Below, in pieces: positions 1-9,121 of a stretch of DNA of 64,000 bases. The DNA is taken from assembly GCA_026209155.1 (NCBI GenBank), contig GCA_026209155.1_3056.1; one strand, 5' to 3'. This DNA is from a phage. The first letter of the stretch is position 1; each line of letters starts with the position of its first letter. The notes below the pieces were generated by a model. The model searched no databases. It saw nothing but the letters and a program-made list of their open reading frames with translations, and was not told the DNA's origin. Made by a program: the position numbers and the translations under genes.

Positions 1-285
1 TACGCCATCAACAGTAATTGAAATGAATTTTTTAGATGCATTCCAAATAATGTCAGATTTAGCAACTGGAGCAATAGCTACATCACTCTTAACTTCAACT
101 GTAATGTCACCGCTAATGGTAACTTTGGAGCGCTCAACTTCTTCAGCATTTTTCAAAACACGACGGATTGTGTCAACCGATACACCTTGCCAATCAGCCA
201 ATTCCTGCTGGGTATAATTACCACTTGAATACAGTTTGACAATTTCAGCTTGTTCGTTTTTGGTCAGGCATTTAATATTGTACAT
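1..285 (-). CDS. rIIB: rIIB protein, N-terminal 95 codons (gene runs off the window start)
   Basis: Minus-strand ATG at 283-285 preceded by AAGGAAA; open frame to position 1 translating MYNIKCLTKNEQAEIVKLYSSGNYTQQELADWQGV..., which matches the T4 rIIB N-terminus as I recall it. Absent from ORF track because no stop lies in the window. Confidence 0.8.
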   Translation of the reverse strand, partial: MYNIKCLTKNEQAEIVKLYSSGNYTQQELADWQGVSVDTIRRVLKNAEEVERSKVTISGDITVEVKSDVAIAPVAKSDIIWNASKKFISITVDGV

Positions 286-296
286 AATTTTCCTTA

Positions 297-2474
297 TTAG
301 GCCGCAAGGGCCTTCATAGTTTTAGCGATTTGGGAAACTTCATCATCACTTAAAGAGTTGCGATAACCGATGAAGTCGGAAACAATACGGAATTTCTTGG
401 TAAACTCAGCAACCATTTTATCACTGTTTTTTGAAGCATTATTTGATAATACATCAAAAAGATTAGTTACTGTCCAGATGTCATGACCGATGGTATCTTT
501 TCCACCGTTGAAATATACACCCTGTAATGAACTAACCATATTAGCGAGTCGTGTATATTCTTCAGAAACTTCATCTACACTGAAGTACTTCATCATAAAA
601 TCTAGTTCAGGATACTTAATAATTTTATCAATATATCGTTTAGCTGAACTTGAATAACCTACATACTTATCATAATCTACATCATCAAAAGCATCTACAT
701 ATAAATCACGCAAAGTTTCAAAAATACATTGGCACTGACCAAGTTCTTTTACCTTTTTCTGCAAAAGCGGACGAATAACATAAAATTCATTAATGCCAAT
801 AAGATTAGCCATACGAATCAAAATATTCGTAGATGGATGACAAAGCGATGTAGTACCATCCATAGAGAAAATATCAGAATGATGCATGTATGCTACATAA
901 CCAGTAATTTCATCTGCTTCTGACGTAAGTGTAAACAATTCCTCTTTTTCCCAGCGCCCGTCTTTAATTTCAAACTTAAATGCGGTGGCAGCTTTAGGAC
1001 GAGGAGCTGTACTTTTTACTGCCTTTGGAATATAACTTTTAACTAAAGCTTCAATTTCTGACAAATAATGAATGTTAACTTCATCACTTTCAAACATTGC
1101 CATAATATCAGGAAGCAAATCAATCTGCGATTCTACTTCCGGATTAATAAACAGAAGACGCTCATTGTGATGAATATTCAAAGTGTTATTAAATTCACTA
1201 TCATCTAATGCACGTGCTAATCCACGGACAATATTAACACGATTTTTAATATTATCAATAACGATATTAATTTTTGTTGTGTTAATACCAAACAGACGAT
1301 AACTTGATGCAACGGCTGAAGTTTCATGACTTTGCTTAATGCGTTTTAGTCGAGGGTCAAGATTTACTTCATACACAACCCCTGCATTGCATAACTTACT
1401 GTCAGGTTCAAACATGCTTTGCATCTTCTTATATGACAGATTTTTAGTCGTGAATTTGACCGAATTACTAATCATATAATCTCGAGCAGAATATCCCATC
1501 TTCATCAATTCACGGTATGTATGACGAGGAGATGTAGATTCTTTAAATCGTTTTACATCTTCATTAAATGCCTTCTCACTGAGCTCTTTAACACGCTCAA
1601 TAATATTTTTACGAGTACGATCATCTAGTGAAAGAGCCTCACGCGATGGAGCAATATCAAGTGAACCCATTGGAAACTTAATGTAATTCACTTCATTACG
1701 AATGCTTAACCAGTTACGGTCTCTAATAACACCGTCGATAGGATAAACAATACCACCATAGATAGCATATAATCCACCACGATCTGGCCAGTATCTTTCT
1801 GGATTTACGCCGTAATAATCATCAAAATCAGGAAAATAATCAATTTCGCGGTCAAGACCATTAATGATAGCCAAATCTTTGAATGGTCGCATGATATAAG
1901 AAACTTCATAAGCAAAGTTTCTAAAGTCTTTTTCTTCAACTGGAACTACGATTTCAATACCAGTTTTATCGTCTGGACCCATTTCTTTTACGAATGTAGG
2001 TTTAATCTGCGGACCGTCACCATCCATGTAAGCTACATAACCACGAATTTCGCCTTTATGATATGAAGTGATACTAAACGTATCAGTATAACTAAACGGA
2101 GATTTAGAACCTAAACCAAATCCACCAATGAAATCATTAGATTCAGCCTTAGATGAACTGAAGTATGAATTATACAACCCAGGAGAATTATCATCACCCT
2201 GAATATCAAAATCGCTCATACCCGGACCAAAATCTCGACAAACAAATCGCGGATCTAATCGTCCTGGAACTTGAATGATAAATTTTTCAGGATTTCCATT
2301 AAGAGCATGGGCATCAATCATGTTGGTAATCAATTCACGGACTACTGCGCGAATCTTGTTTGTATACAAATCAGATGATAGAATTTTAAATACTTTAGGA
2401 GATGCTGTGATGCTAAATGCTTTTGATTTAGAACCATTACCAAGAATTGTTTCTTTTTCAGTGGTGATAATCAT
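297..2474 (-). CDS. rIIA: rIIA membrane-associated protein (GHKL/HATPase-like)
   Basis: 725-aa ORF, N-terminus [20 protein letters not shown]..., same length as T4 rIIA; 11-nt gap to rIIB start as in T-even phages. Confidence 0.9.
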   Translation of the reverse strand: MIITTEKETILGNGSKSKAFSITASPKVFKILSSDLYTNKIRAVVRELITNMIDAHALNGNPEKFIIQVPGRLDPRFVCRDFGPGMSDFDIQGDDNSPGLYNSYFSSSKAESNDFIGGFGLGSKSPFSYTDTFSITSYHKGEIRGYVAYMDGDGPQIKPTFVKEMGPDDKTGIEIVVPVEEKDFRNFAYEVSYIMRPFKDLAIINGLDREIDYFPDFDDYYGVNPERYWPDRGGLYAIYGGIVYPIDGVIRDRNWLSIRNEVNYIKFPMGSLDIAPSREALSLDDRTRKNIIERVKELSEKAFNEDVKRFKESTSPRHTYRELMKMGYSARDYMISNSVKFTTKNLSYKKMQSMFEPDSKLCNAGVVYEVNLDPRLKRIKQSHETSAVASSYRLFGINTTKINIVIDNIKNRVNIVRGLARALDDSEFNNTLNIHHNERLLFINPEVESQIDLLPDIMAMFESDEVNIHYLSEIEALVKSYIPKAVKSTAPRPKAATAFKFEIKDGRWEKEELFTLTSEADEITGYVAYMHHSDIFSMDGTTSLCHPSTNILIRMANLIGINEFYVIRPLLQKKVKELGQCQCIFETLRDLYVDAFDDVDYDKYVGYSSSAKRYIDKIIKYPELDFMMKYFSVDEVSEEYTRLANMVSSLQGVYFNGGKDTIGHDIWTVTNLFDVLSNNASKNSDKMVAEFTKKFRIVSDFIGYRNSLSDDEVSQIAKTMKALAA

Positions 2475-2484
2475 AATTTCCTCA

Positions 2485-2688
2485 TTAATTCATATTGCGT
2501 TTAATAACTTCAACAACTTCTAGTAGTTCATCTTTAGTTGCGGTGTCGGATTGAATTTTATCTCTAATATCCTTAAAGCGGTTTTTAAACTCTTCAGCTT
2601 CTCCCATATCGAAAAAGCGTTGAATGATTCTATATTCTCGATGAACTGCTTTATCAAAAAGTTCTAAATTTACTTTATATGATTTCAT
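2485..2688 (-). CDS. small protein at the rIIA.1 position
   Basis: 67-aa ORF immediately upstream of rIIA on same strand; assignment by synteny only. Confidence 0.55.
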   Translation of the reverse strand: MKSYKVNLELFDKAVHREYRIIQRFFDMGEAEEFKNRFKDIRDKIQSDTATKDELLEVVEVIKRNMN

Positions 2689-2711
2689 TTCAATATCCTC
2701 ATTTGCCCAAT

Positions 2712-2745
2712 TAATTATACCACATCCTTGTGGTAAAGTAAACTA
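2712..2745 (-). promoter_or_regulatory. T4-type early promoter (GTTTAC -35, 18-nt spacer, TATAAT -10) upstream of rIIA.1/rIIA
   Basis: Plus strand shows attata (2714-2719) and gtaaac (2738-2743), i.e. minus-strand GTTTAC-N18-TATAAT; spacer contains palindrome ccacatccttgtgg. Confidence 0.55.
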
Positions 2746-4560
2746 TTGGCTCATCCATTCTTTACGAAGGTCAGCATTATCTCCCATGAGCATTTCAAAA
2801 AGCTCTTTCCAGTTCTCAGGAAGTTTAACAACATCATATACTGGGTTTTGAATCATCTCACGATATTCAGATTTTTCCAAAGAGCCAAGTCCTTTAATAT
2901 AACGGATGCTATGTTTAGGTAGAGCATCTTTGGCACTCTCATATTCAGCGACTGTATAAAACCATTCTTGTTTTTTACCGACCTGAGCGATGATTACAGG
3001 AGTTTTGACAAAGCGAATTCTTCCTTGTTCAAACAATTCTGGCCAATTACTAAAAAATCCGAGCAGAGAAGGATAAATGCTTCCTAGACCATCATGGTCA
3101 GCATCAGTCATAATAGCAATATTATGATAATTCAAGTTTTCAGCCTTTTCACCAAGAACTAATCCAGTGATTGCACAAATATCGAACAGTTCTTTGTTTT
3201 TAAGCATATCAGCATATGACATGCCCCAACTGTTAAGAACTTTACCACGCAATGGATAACCACCATGAAGTTCTTTATCACGAACATCAATAAGATATCC
3301 GATAGCAGAATCACCCTCAGTCAAGAAAAGAGTAGTATCAGCATCTTTACCGCAAAGATTCGCTTTGATATGTTTATGAACCTTAGCTTTAGAAGCCTTT
3401 TTAGCTGCTTTAGTTTCTGCTGCTTTTTCTGCCGCCAATTTACGAGCCAAAGCAGCTTCAATAATCGGCATTAGAATTGCTTCATTATTTAGAATAGCGC
3501 GTGAAATCTTTTTAGCATCAAGCTGAATATGACTACGAATTTCGCCAAATGGAGAAGTCAAACGCTCTTTAGTTTGAGAATCAAATCGCATGTTTTTCAT
3601 ATCACGAACAAACATAACGATAGTCAAACATTCTTTAACACGTGCTTTAGTTACATCAATTTTGAACTTACGTTTGATTTGTGGAATAAGGTCTTCACAA
3701 ATATCATCCATAACGCAGTCAATGTGATGGCCACCATTCTTAGTATGAATGTTATTGACGTATGTTAATTGACGAAAACCATCCGGTGAACGACCAACCG
3801 CAATAGAACAATTTTCTTGTTCTTGAACAATAGCATGTTCATCATATTGGCGTGCATATTTCTTAAAATTACCCTGAACCTTTTTACCATTAAAGGTAAA
3901 TTGAATATCAGGATAAACTACTGCAAGTGTCTGGAGACGATCTAGCGTAATGTCAAGATAAACTTGAGATAGTTCATTAGTTTCAAATGACATAAAATCA
4001 GGAATGAAAGTAACACGAGTTCCTTTCCATTTTCCAGGAATAGTTTCCCATGATTTATTTTCCATGCCATTTGAACAACGAACTACAATATTATTTTGAC
4101 CATCGCCAGTTTCACCGACAAACATCACAGAAAAAATGTTAGTTAAACTAGAGCCAACACCGTTCATACCGCCAGTGACGCGTTCTTTATCATCACCAAA
4201 GTTACCACCTGCTTTTGGAATAGTCCAGGCAGCAACAGGACCAGGAATTTCTTCACCAGTAGGTGTTTTAACCATCGCTTGTGGAATACCACGACCGTTA
4301 TCTTCAACTGTTACTTGATTGTTTTTGATAGTAACATTAATTTTATTTGCGAATTTAAACTTAGTACGAATACCTTCATCTACTGAGTTATCGATAATTT
4401 CATCAATAAGCTTAACAAGACCAGGTACATACTGAACACTTTCCCATTTACCAAACAGAAAGCGCTCATGCATTTCATTAGCGGAAGAGCCAATGTACAT
4501 GCCGCTACGCTTTTTGATATGTTCAATATCGCTCAGAATTTTAATTTCATTCTTAATCAT
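2743..4560 (-). CDS. 39: DNA topoisomerase II large subunit, unsplit form (GyrB-like ATPase plus TOPRIM in one ORF)
   Basis: 606-aa track ORF starts with GTG; ATG one codon in gives MIKNEIKILSDIEHIKKRSGMYIGSS... (T4 gp39 N-terminus); TOPRIM motif EGDSA present in the same frame, so no gene-60-type interruption. Confidence 0.9.
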   Translation of the reverse strand: MIKNEIKILSDIEHIKKRSGMYIGSSANEMHERFLFGKWESVQYVPGLVKLIDEIIDNSVDEGIRTKFKFANKINVTIKNNQVTVEDNGRGIPQAMVKTPTGEEIPGPVAAWTIPKAGGNFGDDKERVTGGMNGVGSSLTNIFSVMFVGETGDGQNNIVVRCSNGMENKSWETIPGKWKGTRVTFIPDFMSFETNELSQVYLDITLDRLQTLAVVYPDIQFTFNGKKVQGNFKKYARQYDEHAIVQEQENCSIAVGRSPDGFRQLTYVNNIHTKNGGHHIDCVMDDICEDLIPQIKRKFKIDVTKARVKECLTIVMFVRDMKNMRFDSQTKERLTSPFGEIRSHIQLDAKKISRAILNNEAILMPIIEAALARKLAAEKAAETKAAKKASKAKVHKHIKANLCGKDADTTLFLTEGDSAIGYLIDVRDKELHGGYPLRGKVLNSWGMSYADMLKNKELFDICAITGLVLGEKAENLNYHNIAIMTDADHDGLGSIYPSLLGFFSNWPELFEQGRIRFVKTPVIIAQVGKKQEWFYTVAEYESAKDALPKHSIRYIKGLGSLEKSEYREMIQNPVYDVVKLPENWKELFEMLMGDNADLRKEWMSQ

Positions 4561-4610
4561 CACTTATCCTCGTTTGGTTTCGGGAATATTATACTCCGGT
4601 AATCATAAAG

Positions 4611-4632
4611 CTAAAGGCCCGAAGGCCTTTTA
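4611..4632 (-). terminator. intrinsic terminator-like hairpin (GGCC-UUCG-GGCC stem, U-rich tail) after the 90-aa lipoprotein gene
   Basis: Palindrome aaaggcc cgaa ggccttt at 4613-4630, overlapping the stop codon. Confidence 0.45.
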
Positions 4633-4902
4633 TTTAAAACGGATAGTCGAATCCTTGAAGAATAGACCAGAACACACGGTTCCTTCTACTTTCTGCCCAG
4701 TAGGTCCAATAGCACGAAATCCAGTATGCTGGAAATCATTTTCAGAGCAACCGAACCAATTATATCCAGTGATTTCAATATTAGTAAAACCACTTGAAGA
4801 CAAAACTTTGGTTGCATTATCGGCATCAGTACATCCTACTAAAGATACTGCTAATACTAATGCCGCGATAGAACGATTAACATATTTCATAATTTCACTC
4901 AA
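4630..4902 (-). CDS. putative lipoprotein
   Basis: 90-aa ORF with signal peptide and lipobox (LAVSLVGC). Confidence 0.5.
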   Translation of the reverse strand: MSEIMKYVNRSIAALVLAVSLVGCTDADNATKVLSSSGFTNIEITGYNWFGCSENDFQHTGFRAIGPTGQKVEGTVCSGLFFKDSTIRFK

Positions 4903-5266
4903 ATTTAATGGCTTGAAGAAGACTAATAATTCTCAAGCGACTTCTTTCATCTTTAACTGTAAAAGAAAGAGGGTCACCAGATTTCATAGTGATGGTGCAT
5001 CCAAAATCAAAATCTTCTGTAACTTCTTCGAATAGGTCAAATTCTTCATCATAAATTAGAACATTACTCTGAAAACTGTGAAGAATTTTTCCATCATTTC
5101 CAGATGCTGTACTAATCACTGTAACATTATTACCTTTCATATCTTCAACGATAAATTCGCTTGTAGATATTACATTACTAATAGAACCATTCCTATAAAT
5201 AGCAGAAAATAGATATTTCTTTTCTTCACCTTCGCGAATGCGATATTTCTTACCGATTTTAAACAT
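4895..5266 (-). CDS. hypothetical protein
   Basis: Track ORF 4895..5272 begins with GTG; first ATG gives MFKIGKKYRIREGEEKK... (123 aa); ATGA-type junction with upstream small ORF. Confidence 0.45.
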   Translation of the reverse strand: MFKIGKKYRIREGEEKKYLFSAIYRNGSISNVISTSEFIVEDMKGNNVTVISTASGNDGKILHSFQSNVLIYDEEFDLFEEVTEDFDFGCTITMKSGDPLSFTVKDERSRLRIISLLQAIKFE

Positions 5267-5268
5267 AA

Positions 5269-5445
5269 TCACCCTTTAAGTAAGTCGTAAAAACCGCCAT
5301 TTACATGCTTAGGAGCAGAAGGCCGACGAGTAGACAAACGATGACATTTAGGGCAAACATCATTTTCTCGTTCAGAAATCTTTTTAATTTTTTCATATTC
5401 ATGCCCACAATCTTCGGATTGGCATTTATAATCATACATTGGCAT
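5269..5445 (-). CDS. FmdB-like zinc-ribbon mini-protein (58 aa)
   Basis: Not in ORF track (<60 aa). ATG at 5443-5445 preceded by AAGGAA; translates MPMYDYKCQSEDCGHEYEKIKKISERENDVCPKCHRLSTRRPSAPKHVNGGFYDLLKG with two CxxC pairs; stop overlaps next gene start. Confidence 0.45.
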   Translation of the reverse strand: MPMYDYKCQSEDCGHEYEKIKKISERENDVCPKCHRLSTRRPSAPKHVNGGFYDLLKG

Positions 5446-5447
5446 AA

Positions 5448-5867
5448 TTATTCCTTAAAATGTGCTTTCAACATCTGATACAAAGACCATGCATGTTCAT
5501 TATTTTCAATAGTAACTTTCATTACCGGGAATTCTGTGAAATCTTCTATTTGTTCTTGCTCTTCCTGCTCTTGTTCTTCAGCAGCCTGATATGGATTTTC
5601 AACTTCATCAAAGAACCCAGCTTCACTTTTTGAAAGCCAAATAAAGTCTTCATCCAAAACATCTTTATCAGGAGATAGTACTAAATTTCCAGTAGATGAC
5701 AAAATTTTAATAGGACGCCCAAGAGCGTCCACATCTAAAATTTTAAAAGGATACATACCTAAACGGCGCGCATAAATTCCGTTATTAATATGGTCTTTAA
5801 TAAAATTTTCTTGAGCTTGTTTATTTTTAAATTGATACCATTTATTAACTTCAAATCTAATAGCCAT
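5448..5867 (-). CDS. hypothetical acidic protein
   Basis: 139-aa ORF with [10 protein letters not shown] tract; length and position suggest T4 goF but I cannot verify. Confidence 0.45.
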   Translation of the reverse strand: MAIRFEVNKWYQFKNKQAQENFIKDHINNGIYARRLGMYPFKILDVDALGRPIKILSSTGNLVLSPDKDVLDEDFIWLSKSEAGFFDEVENPYQAAEEQEQEEQEQIEDFTEFPVMKVTIENNEHAWSLYQMLKAHFKE

Positions 5868-6082
5868 TAATAAATTTCCTTCCAGTAAGTTGTACCGTCT
5901 TCAGTGATTTCACGGAATACACCGTAAATTGGCTGTTTATCACCAACCTTTTCATACACATAAACCGAAGTCAAGTGAGTAAACTTAATGGTGTGTTCCT
6001 TTTGAACCACTACCAAATCTGGATCGAATAATACATCTTCAAATTCGTCATTAGTGCATTTCTGAACAGTTTTACGTTTCAT
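5867..6082 (-). CDS. hypothetical protein (71 aa)
   Basis: ORF with RBS GAGGAAA upstream of ATG at 6080-6082; possibly cef-like by size and position. Confidence 0.45.
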   Translation of the reverse strand: MKRKTVQKCTNDEFEDVLFDPDLVVVQKEHTIKFTHLTSVYVYEKVGDKQPIYGVFREITEDGTTYWKEIY

Positions 6083-6181
6083 TACAATTTCCTCATTAAT
6101 TGAACAGTGGAGCGATGCGTTTCAGAAGAGTAGCAGCACCTTTGGCAAATTTTCCATTTTATTCTCCAAGTTGTTTTCTGT

Positions 6182-6224
6182 ATCAGTAGTTGATATTGAT
6201 ATAATACCATAATCAACTACTGAT
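6182..6224. repeat. 13-bp inverted repeat (atcagtagttgat / atcaactactgat) flanking a promoter -10-like element
   Basis: Arms at 6182-6194 and 6212-6224 separated by 17 nt containing ataata; the conserved early-promoter leader follows on the minus strand. Confidence 0.5.
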
Positions 6225-6253
6225 GTATATAGTTTTATGAAAAAATTTAAACT

Positions 6254-6751
6254 TTATGCACAGCGGGCTTTGCTATAGTGTTTAATCCAACTTTCGGGAA
6301 TGACTTTGTATGTTCCTAAAAATACCGCGTTGTACAACTTAACGCCATCTTCTACCCATTGATCGGTAATGTATGCACACATAGCACGAGTACGGTGTTT
6401 TTGAACAACCCCTTCCTCATCTTCAGTAAATTCGAATTCATAAGGAGCAATGAACTTAATAGCCTGACCGAGTTTCCACTTAAAGTCTACACCTACATGC
6501 GAAGTATCAATCGTTTCAATTCCTTTAGCAGGAACAGCTTTCAAAAACGCAGATTCAAGAAATTTCGCACGAACATAGCCAAACTGAGGTTTAGACTTTC
6601 CATCTTTAGGAATGATACGCACTTTTACTTCAGAATCTTCATCTTTAACGCCATGTTTAAGCTGAATGCTTACAATTTCGACCAATTTTCCTGCTGCTTT
6701 AGAACGGGATTTATCAGATACACGAGCAATTTCACCAATATTAATAATCAT
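6254..6751 (-). CDS. hypothetical protein, paralog of 6828..7370
   Basis: 165-aa ORF; C-terminal motif ITDQWVEDGVKLYNAV shared with next ORF (VTDQWIEDGVELLNVV). Confidence 0.5.
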   Translation of the reverse strand: MIINIGEIARVSDKSRSKAAGKLVEIVSIQLKHGVKDEDSEVKVRIIPKDGKSKPQFGYVRAKFLESAFLKAVPAKGIETIDTSHVGVDFKWKLGQAIKFIAPYEFEFTEDEEGVVQKHRTRAMCAYITDQWVEDGVKLYNAVFLGTYKVIPESWIKHYSKARCA

Positions 6752-6793
6752 AGTTATCTCTCACTTGTTAAAAAGATTTTATACTCCACAGGA

Positions 6794-6827
6794 CCATTAT
6801 ACTCTGGTCCCAAGAGTTTGTAAACTA
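6794..6827 (-). promoter_or_regulatory. T4-type early promoter
   Basis: Plus attata 6796-6801 and gtaaac 6820-6825 (minus GTTTAC-N18-TATAAT); flanked by ggacc/ggtcc inverted repeat. Confidence 0.5.
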
Positions 6828-7370
6828 TTAATTCAAAATAGCTACCACCGCACTACGAGGTACTACACTAAAATCACCTGCATGAACAACGTTCAGAAGT
6901 TCAACACCATCTTCAATCCACTGGTCTGTTACCCAACCGCAGACTGAAATAAATGGAGTCTTGATAGCTACCGCACGAGTTAGAAGGTCTGTAGGGTCTT
7001 GTTCTTCAACTTCTTGGAACAGGATGAACTCTGCTTCATAAACCAGGATTTTCTCTATTTTGTTATTGTCTAAACGACGACCGTGTACAATATAAGATTT
7101 AGTAAACCATTTACTTTTTTCAAAGTCTTCAACAGTAAATTCGCCTTCGCCAAAAACATCAGTCAGAGTTTTATGGCCGGAAATCAAGGCATTAGTTTTA
7201 ATTTCAGGTTCAACCAGTTTGTAGGTTTTGCCGATTTCAATAGCGGTAGTCATAGTAGGTTCCTTAATTTCCAGTGGTTTAACAGGGCATACATAAGTGC
7301 TTACAACATCAAAATCAATCAGTTTAGCTACCGGATTTGGTATGTATTCAGGATTATAATTAAATTTCAT
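6828..7370 (-). CDS. hypothetical protein, paralog of 6254..6751
   Basis: 180-aa ORF sharing the DQWIEDGV C-terminal motif. Confidence 0.5.
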   Translation of the reverse strand: MKFNYNPEYIPNPVAKLIDFDVVSTYVCPVKPLEIKEPTMTTAIEIGKTYKLVEPEIKTNALISGHKTLTDVFGEGEFTVEDFEKSKWFTKSYIVHGRRLDNNKIEKILVYEAEFILFQEVEEQDPTDLLTRAVAIKTPFISVCGWVTDQWIEDGVELLNVVHAGDFSVVPRSAVVAILN

Positions 7371-7372
7371 AA

Positions 7373-7873
7373 TTATCTCATTTCAATAAAATCTATGAGT
7401 TCAGCATGCGATTTGCGGAACATTACTTGGTGCCCGCCAATGATAACTTCATCTTCAGGAACTTCGTATACAGCGAGATAAAATCCTTTAGAAGATAATT
7501 CTTCCCGCTCTTCTCGTGTGAACCATCTCATCATATCATATTCACTAGCGAAAGCAAAATGATAAAGAGCTATAAACCATCCTGGAATATGATATTCTAC
7601 TCCAACATAATCTTTCTTGAACTTAGTATTAATTACTATATTAGCGTTTTTAACTAATAGTTTATCTTCGTGTGGTAAAGGAATTCTTTTATTATTATCG
7701 CTATGATGCATAAAATTAGGTCTGTCATAACCTACGTGTAATAGCCACTCTTCGCTCCATGAATCTATTATACTCCTGTACGGCGTTATTTGAACACAAA
7801 GATTTCGACGTATTGTTATAGCATCTTCATAATCAAGAATACTAAACGATGATTCAACACGATAAATTTTCAT
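7373..7873 (-). CDS. hypothetical protein
   Basis: Track ORF starts with TTG at 7912; ATG at 7871-7873 with GAGGA RBS gives MKIYRVESSF... (166 aa). Confidence 0.5.
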   Translation of the reverse strand: MKIYRVESSFSILDYEDAITIRRNLCVQITPYRSIIDSWSEEWLLHVGYDRPNFMHHSDNNKRIPLPHEDKLLVKNANIVINTKFKKDYVGVEYHIPGWFIALYHFAFASEYDMMRWFTREEREELSSKGFYLAVYEVPEDEVIIGGHQVMFRKSHAELIDFIEMR

Positions 7874-7898
7874 TTTATTATCCTCAGTAGCTATGGTG

Positions 7899-7932
7899 TT
7901 ATAATACCACAACTAACCGAGGAAGTAAACAA
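7899..7932 (-). promoter_or_regulatory. T4-type early promoter
   Basis: Plus ataata 7901-7906 and gtaaac 7925-7930, 18-nt spacer. Confidence 0.5.
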
Positions 7933-7936
7933 CTTT

Positions 7937-8620
7937 TTATCGTTTTGTTGGAAGAGAAAGAGGATCGCACTCTTCTTCTGACGGAGCATCTTCAAGACCC
8001 ATAGCATATCGCAAAGCATACTTCATCATCAGGATGTCTTTCGCACAGTCATGAATAGAATCATGTGCAACGAATCCATCTAAAGTTCCCTTTGGAAGAG
8101 GACACGTGGTCATATCACGAACAAGGAGAAGTGCTTCAATTCTGGTACGAATATCACGCTGATTCCAGAATTTACACGGTTCTAACTTAAATGTGTCAAG
8201 TTCATTCTCAGAAACGCCATTAAGACGTTGAATATCGCGAATGAGATCGACTAAAATTGGAAAATCAAACGACATTCCACGGCACCAGCCTTGAGATTTC
8301 CAAGGATCGATGTTATGTGCATTGATGTAATCATTAAATTTTGCAATACCATCGATAGTGCTTACATCTTCATCTGATGGTGCAATATTTTTTCGAGCTT
8401 CGGGAGACTGATTTTTCCACCATTCGATAGTGCTTTTAGTAAAAAGACGATGTCCTTTTTGGCTTTTTAAATCAAATTTGATTTTAATGCCGCGCGAAAC
8501 TAATTCATCAAATGATTCAACTACTTCTGGATTAGGGTCAAAGGCAATAACAGCCAAATCAATAACAGCTGCCTTTTCACCGCTTCCCATTGTTTCAAAA
8601 TCTATAATAAAATCAAACAT
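7937..8620 (-). CDS. dexA: exonuclease A (DnaQ-like 3'-5' exonuclease)
   Basis: 227-aa ORF, N-terminus MFDFIIDFETMGSG (DEDD exonuclease motif I), length equals T4 DexA. Confidence 0.8.
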   Translation of the reverse strand: MFDFIIDFETMGSGEKAAVIDLAVIAFDPNPEVVESFDELVSRGIKIKFDLKSQKGHRLFTKSTIEWWKNQSPEARKNIAPSDEDVSTIDGIAKFNDYINAHNIDPWKSQGWCRGMSFDFPILVDLIRDIQRLNGVSENELDTFKLEPCKFWNQRDIRTRIEALLLVRDMTTCPLPKGTLDGFVAHDSIHDCAKDILMMKYALRYAMGLEDAPSEEECDPLSLPTKR

Positions 8621-8895
8621 TAAATTTTCCTCGCTAAATCGCGAATTTGACCTACAGTATAATCTTGGATATAAACTTTATTAATGGGCTCATCAATAAA
8701 TTTTGCCATAGATTCAATATCTTTTTGTATCTCTTCAAGACTGTATACTATCTTTAAAGCTTTTTCGCGAATAGTAACATTATCAGGTCCTAGATTTTCC
8801 TCAATGACAGCTTTAACATTTGTCATAAGAGATTTAAATTGATGCAAACTTAATTCAATCATTAATAACCGCCTTATAAAGATGGCTAATTTCAC
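8620..8895 (-). CDS. hypothetical small protein (dexA.1/dexA.2 position)
   Basis: 91-aa ORF; weak similarity to adjacent 86-aa ORF (LEEIxxD...DYxxGxI); start may be internal. Confidence 0.4.
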   Translation of the reverse strand: MKLAIFIRRLLMIELSLHQFKSLMTNVKAVIEENLGPDNVTIREKALKIVYSLEEIQKDIESMAKFIDEPINKVYIQDYTVGQIRDLARKI

Positions 8896-9115
8896 CTAAA
8901 ATGTAATCACTGATTGTGACAGTTTTCACTTCACCACAAAAGAATTCTAACGCAATCAAATCTCGTTCAATTTCTTCCAATTGAAGCATTAACTTGCCTG
9001 ATTCAATTTTCACGTTTTTGCGATTTTTACTATAAGCTATTTCATAAATTTCGTTCACTTTATCTTGAAGTAGATAAAACTGGTCTTTAGTTATTTCCAC
9101 GAATAGCTTCCTCAA
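8855..9115 (-). CDS. hypothetical small protein (dexA.1/dexA.2 position)
   Basis: 86-aa ORF, tandem partner of previous. Confidence 0.4.
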   Translation of the reverse strand: MRKLFVEITKDQFYLLQDKVNEIYEIAYSKNRKNVKIESGKLMLQLEEIERDLIALEFFCGEVKTVTISDYILGEISHLYKAVIND

Positions 9116-9121
9116 ATTTAA

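Noticed and set aside
23-217. 64-aa plus-strand ORF
   Set aside because: Lies entirely antisense within the rIIB coding region; no ribosome binding site.
2743-4563. Gene 60-type 50-nt translational bypass element
   Set aside because: Looked for a take-off/landing codon pair interrupting the topoisomerase frame; the frame is continuous.
4493-5035. 180-aa plus-strand ORF
   Set aside because: Antisense to the start of gene 39 and the lipoprotein gene and spans their terminator; typical AT-rich antisense open frame.
6359-6947. Plus-strand ORFs of 154 and 93 aa
   Set aside because: Antisense to the DQWIEDGV paralog pair; low-complexity translations rich in F/N/I.
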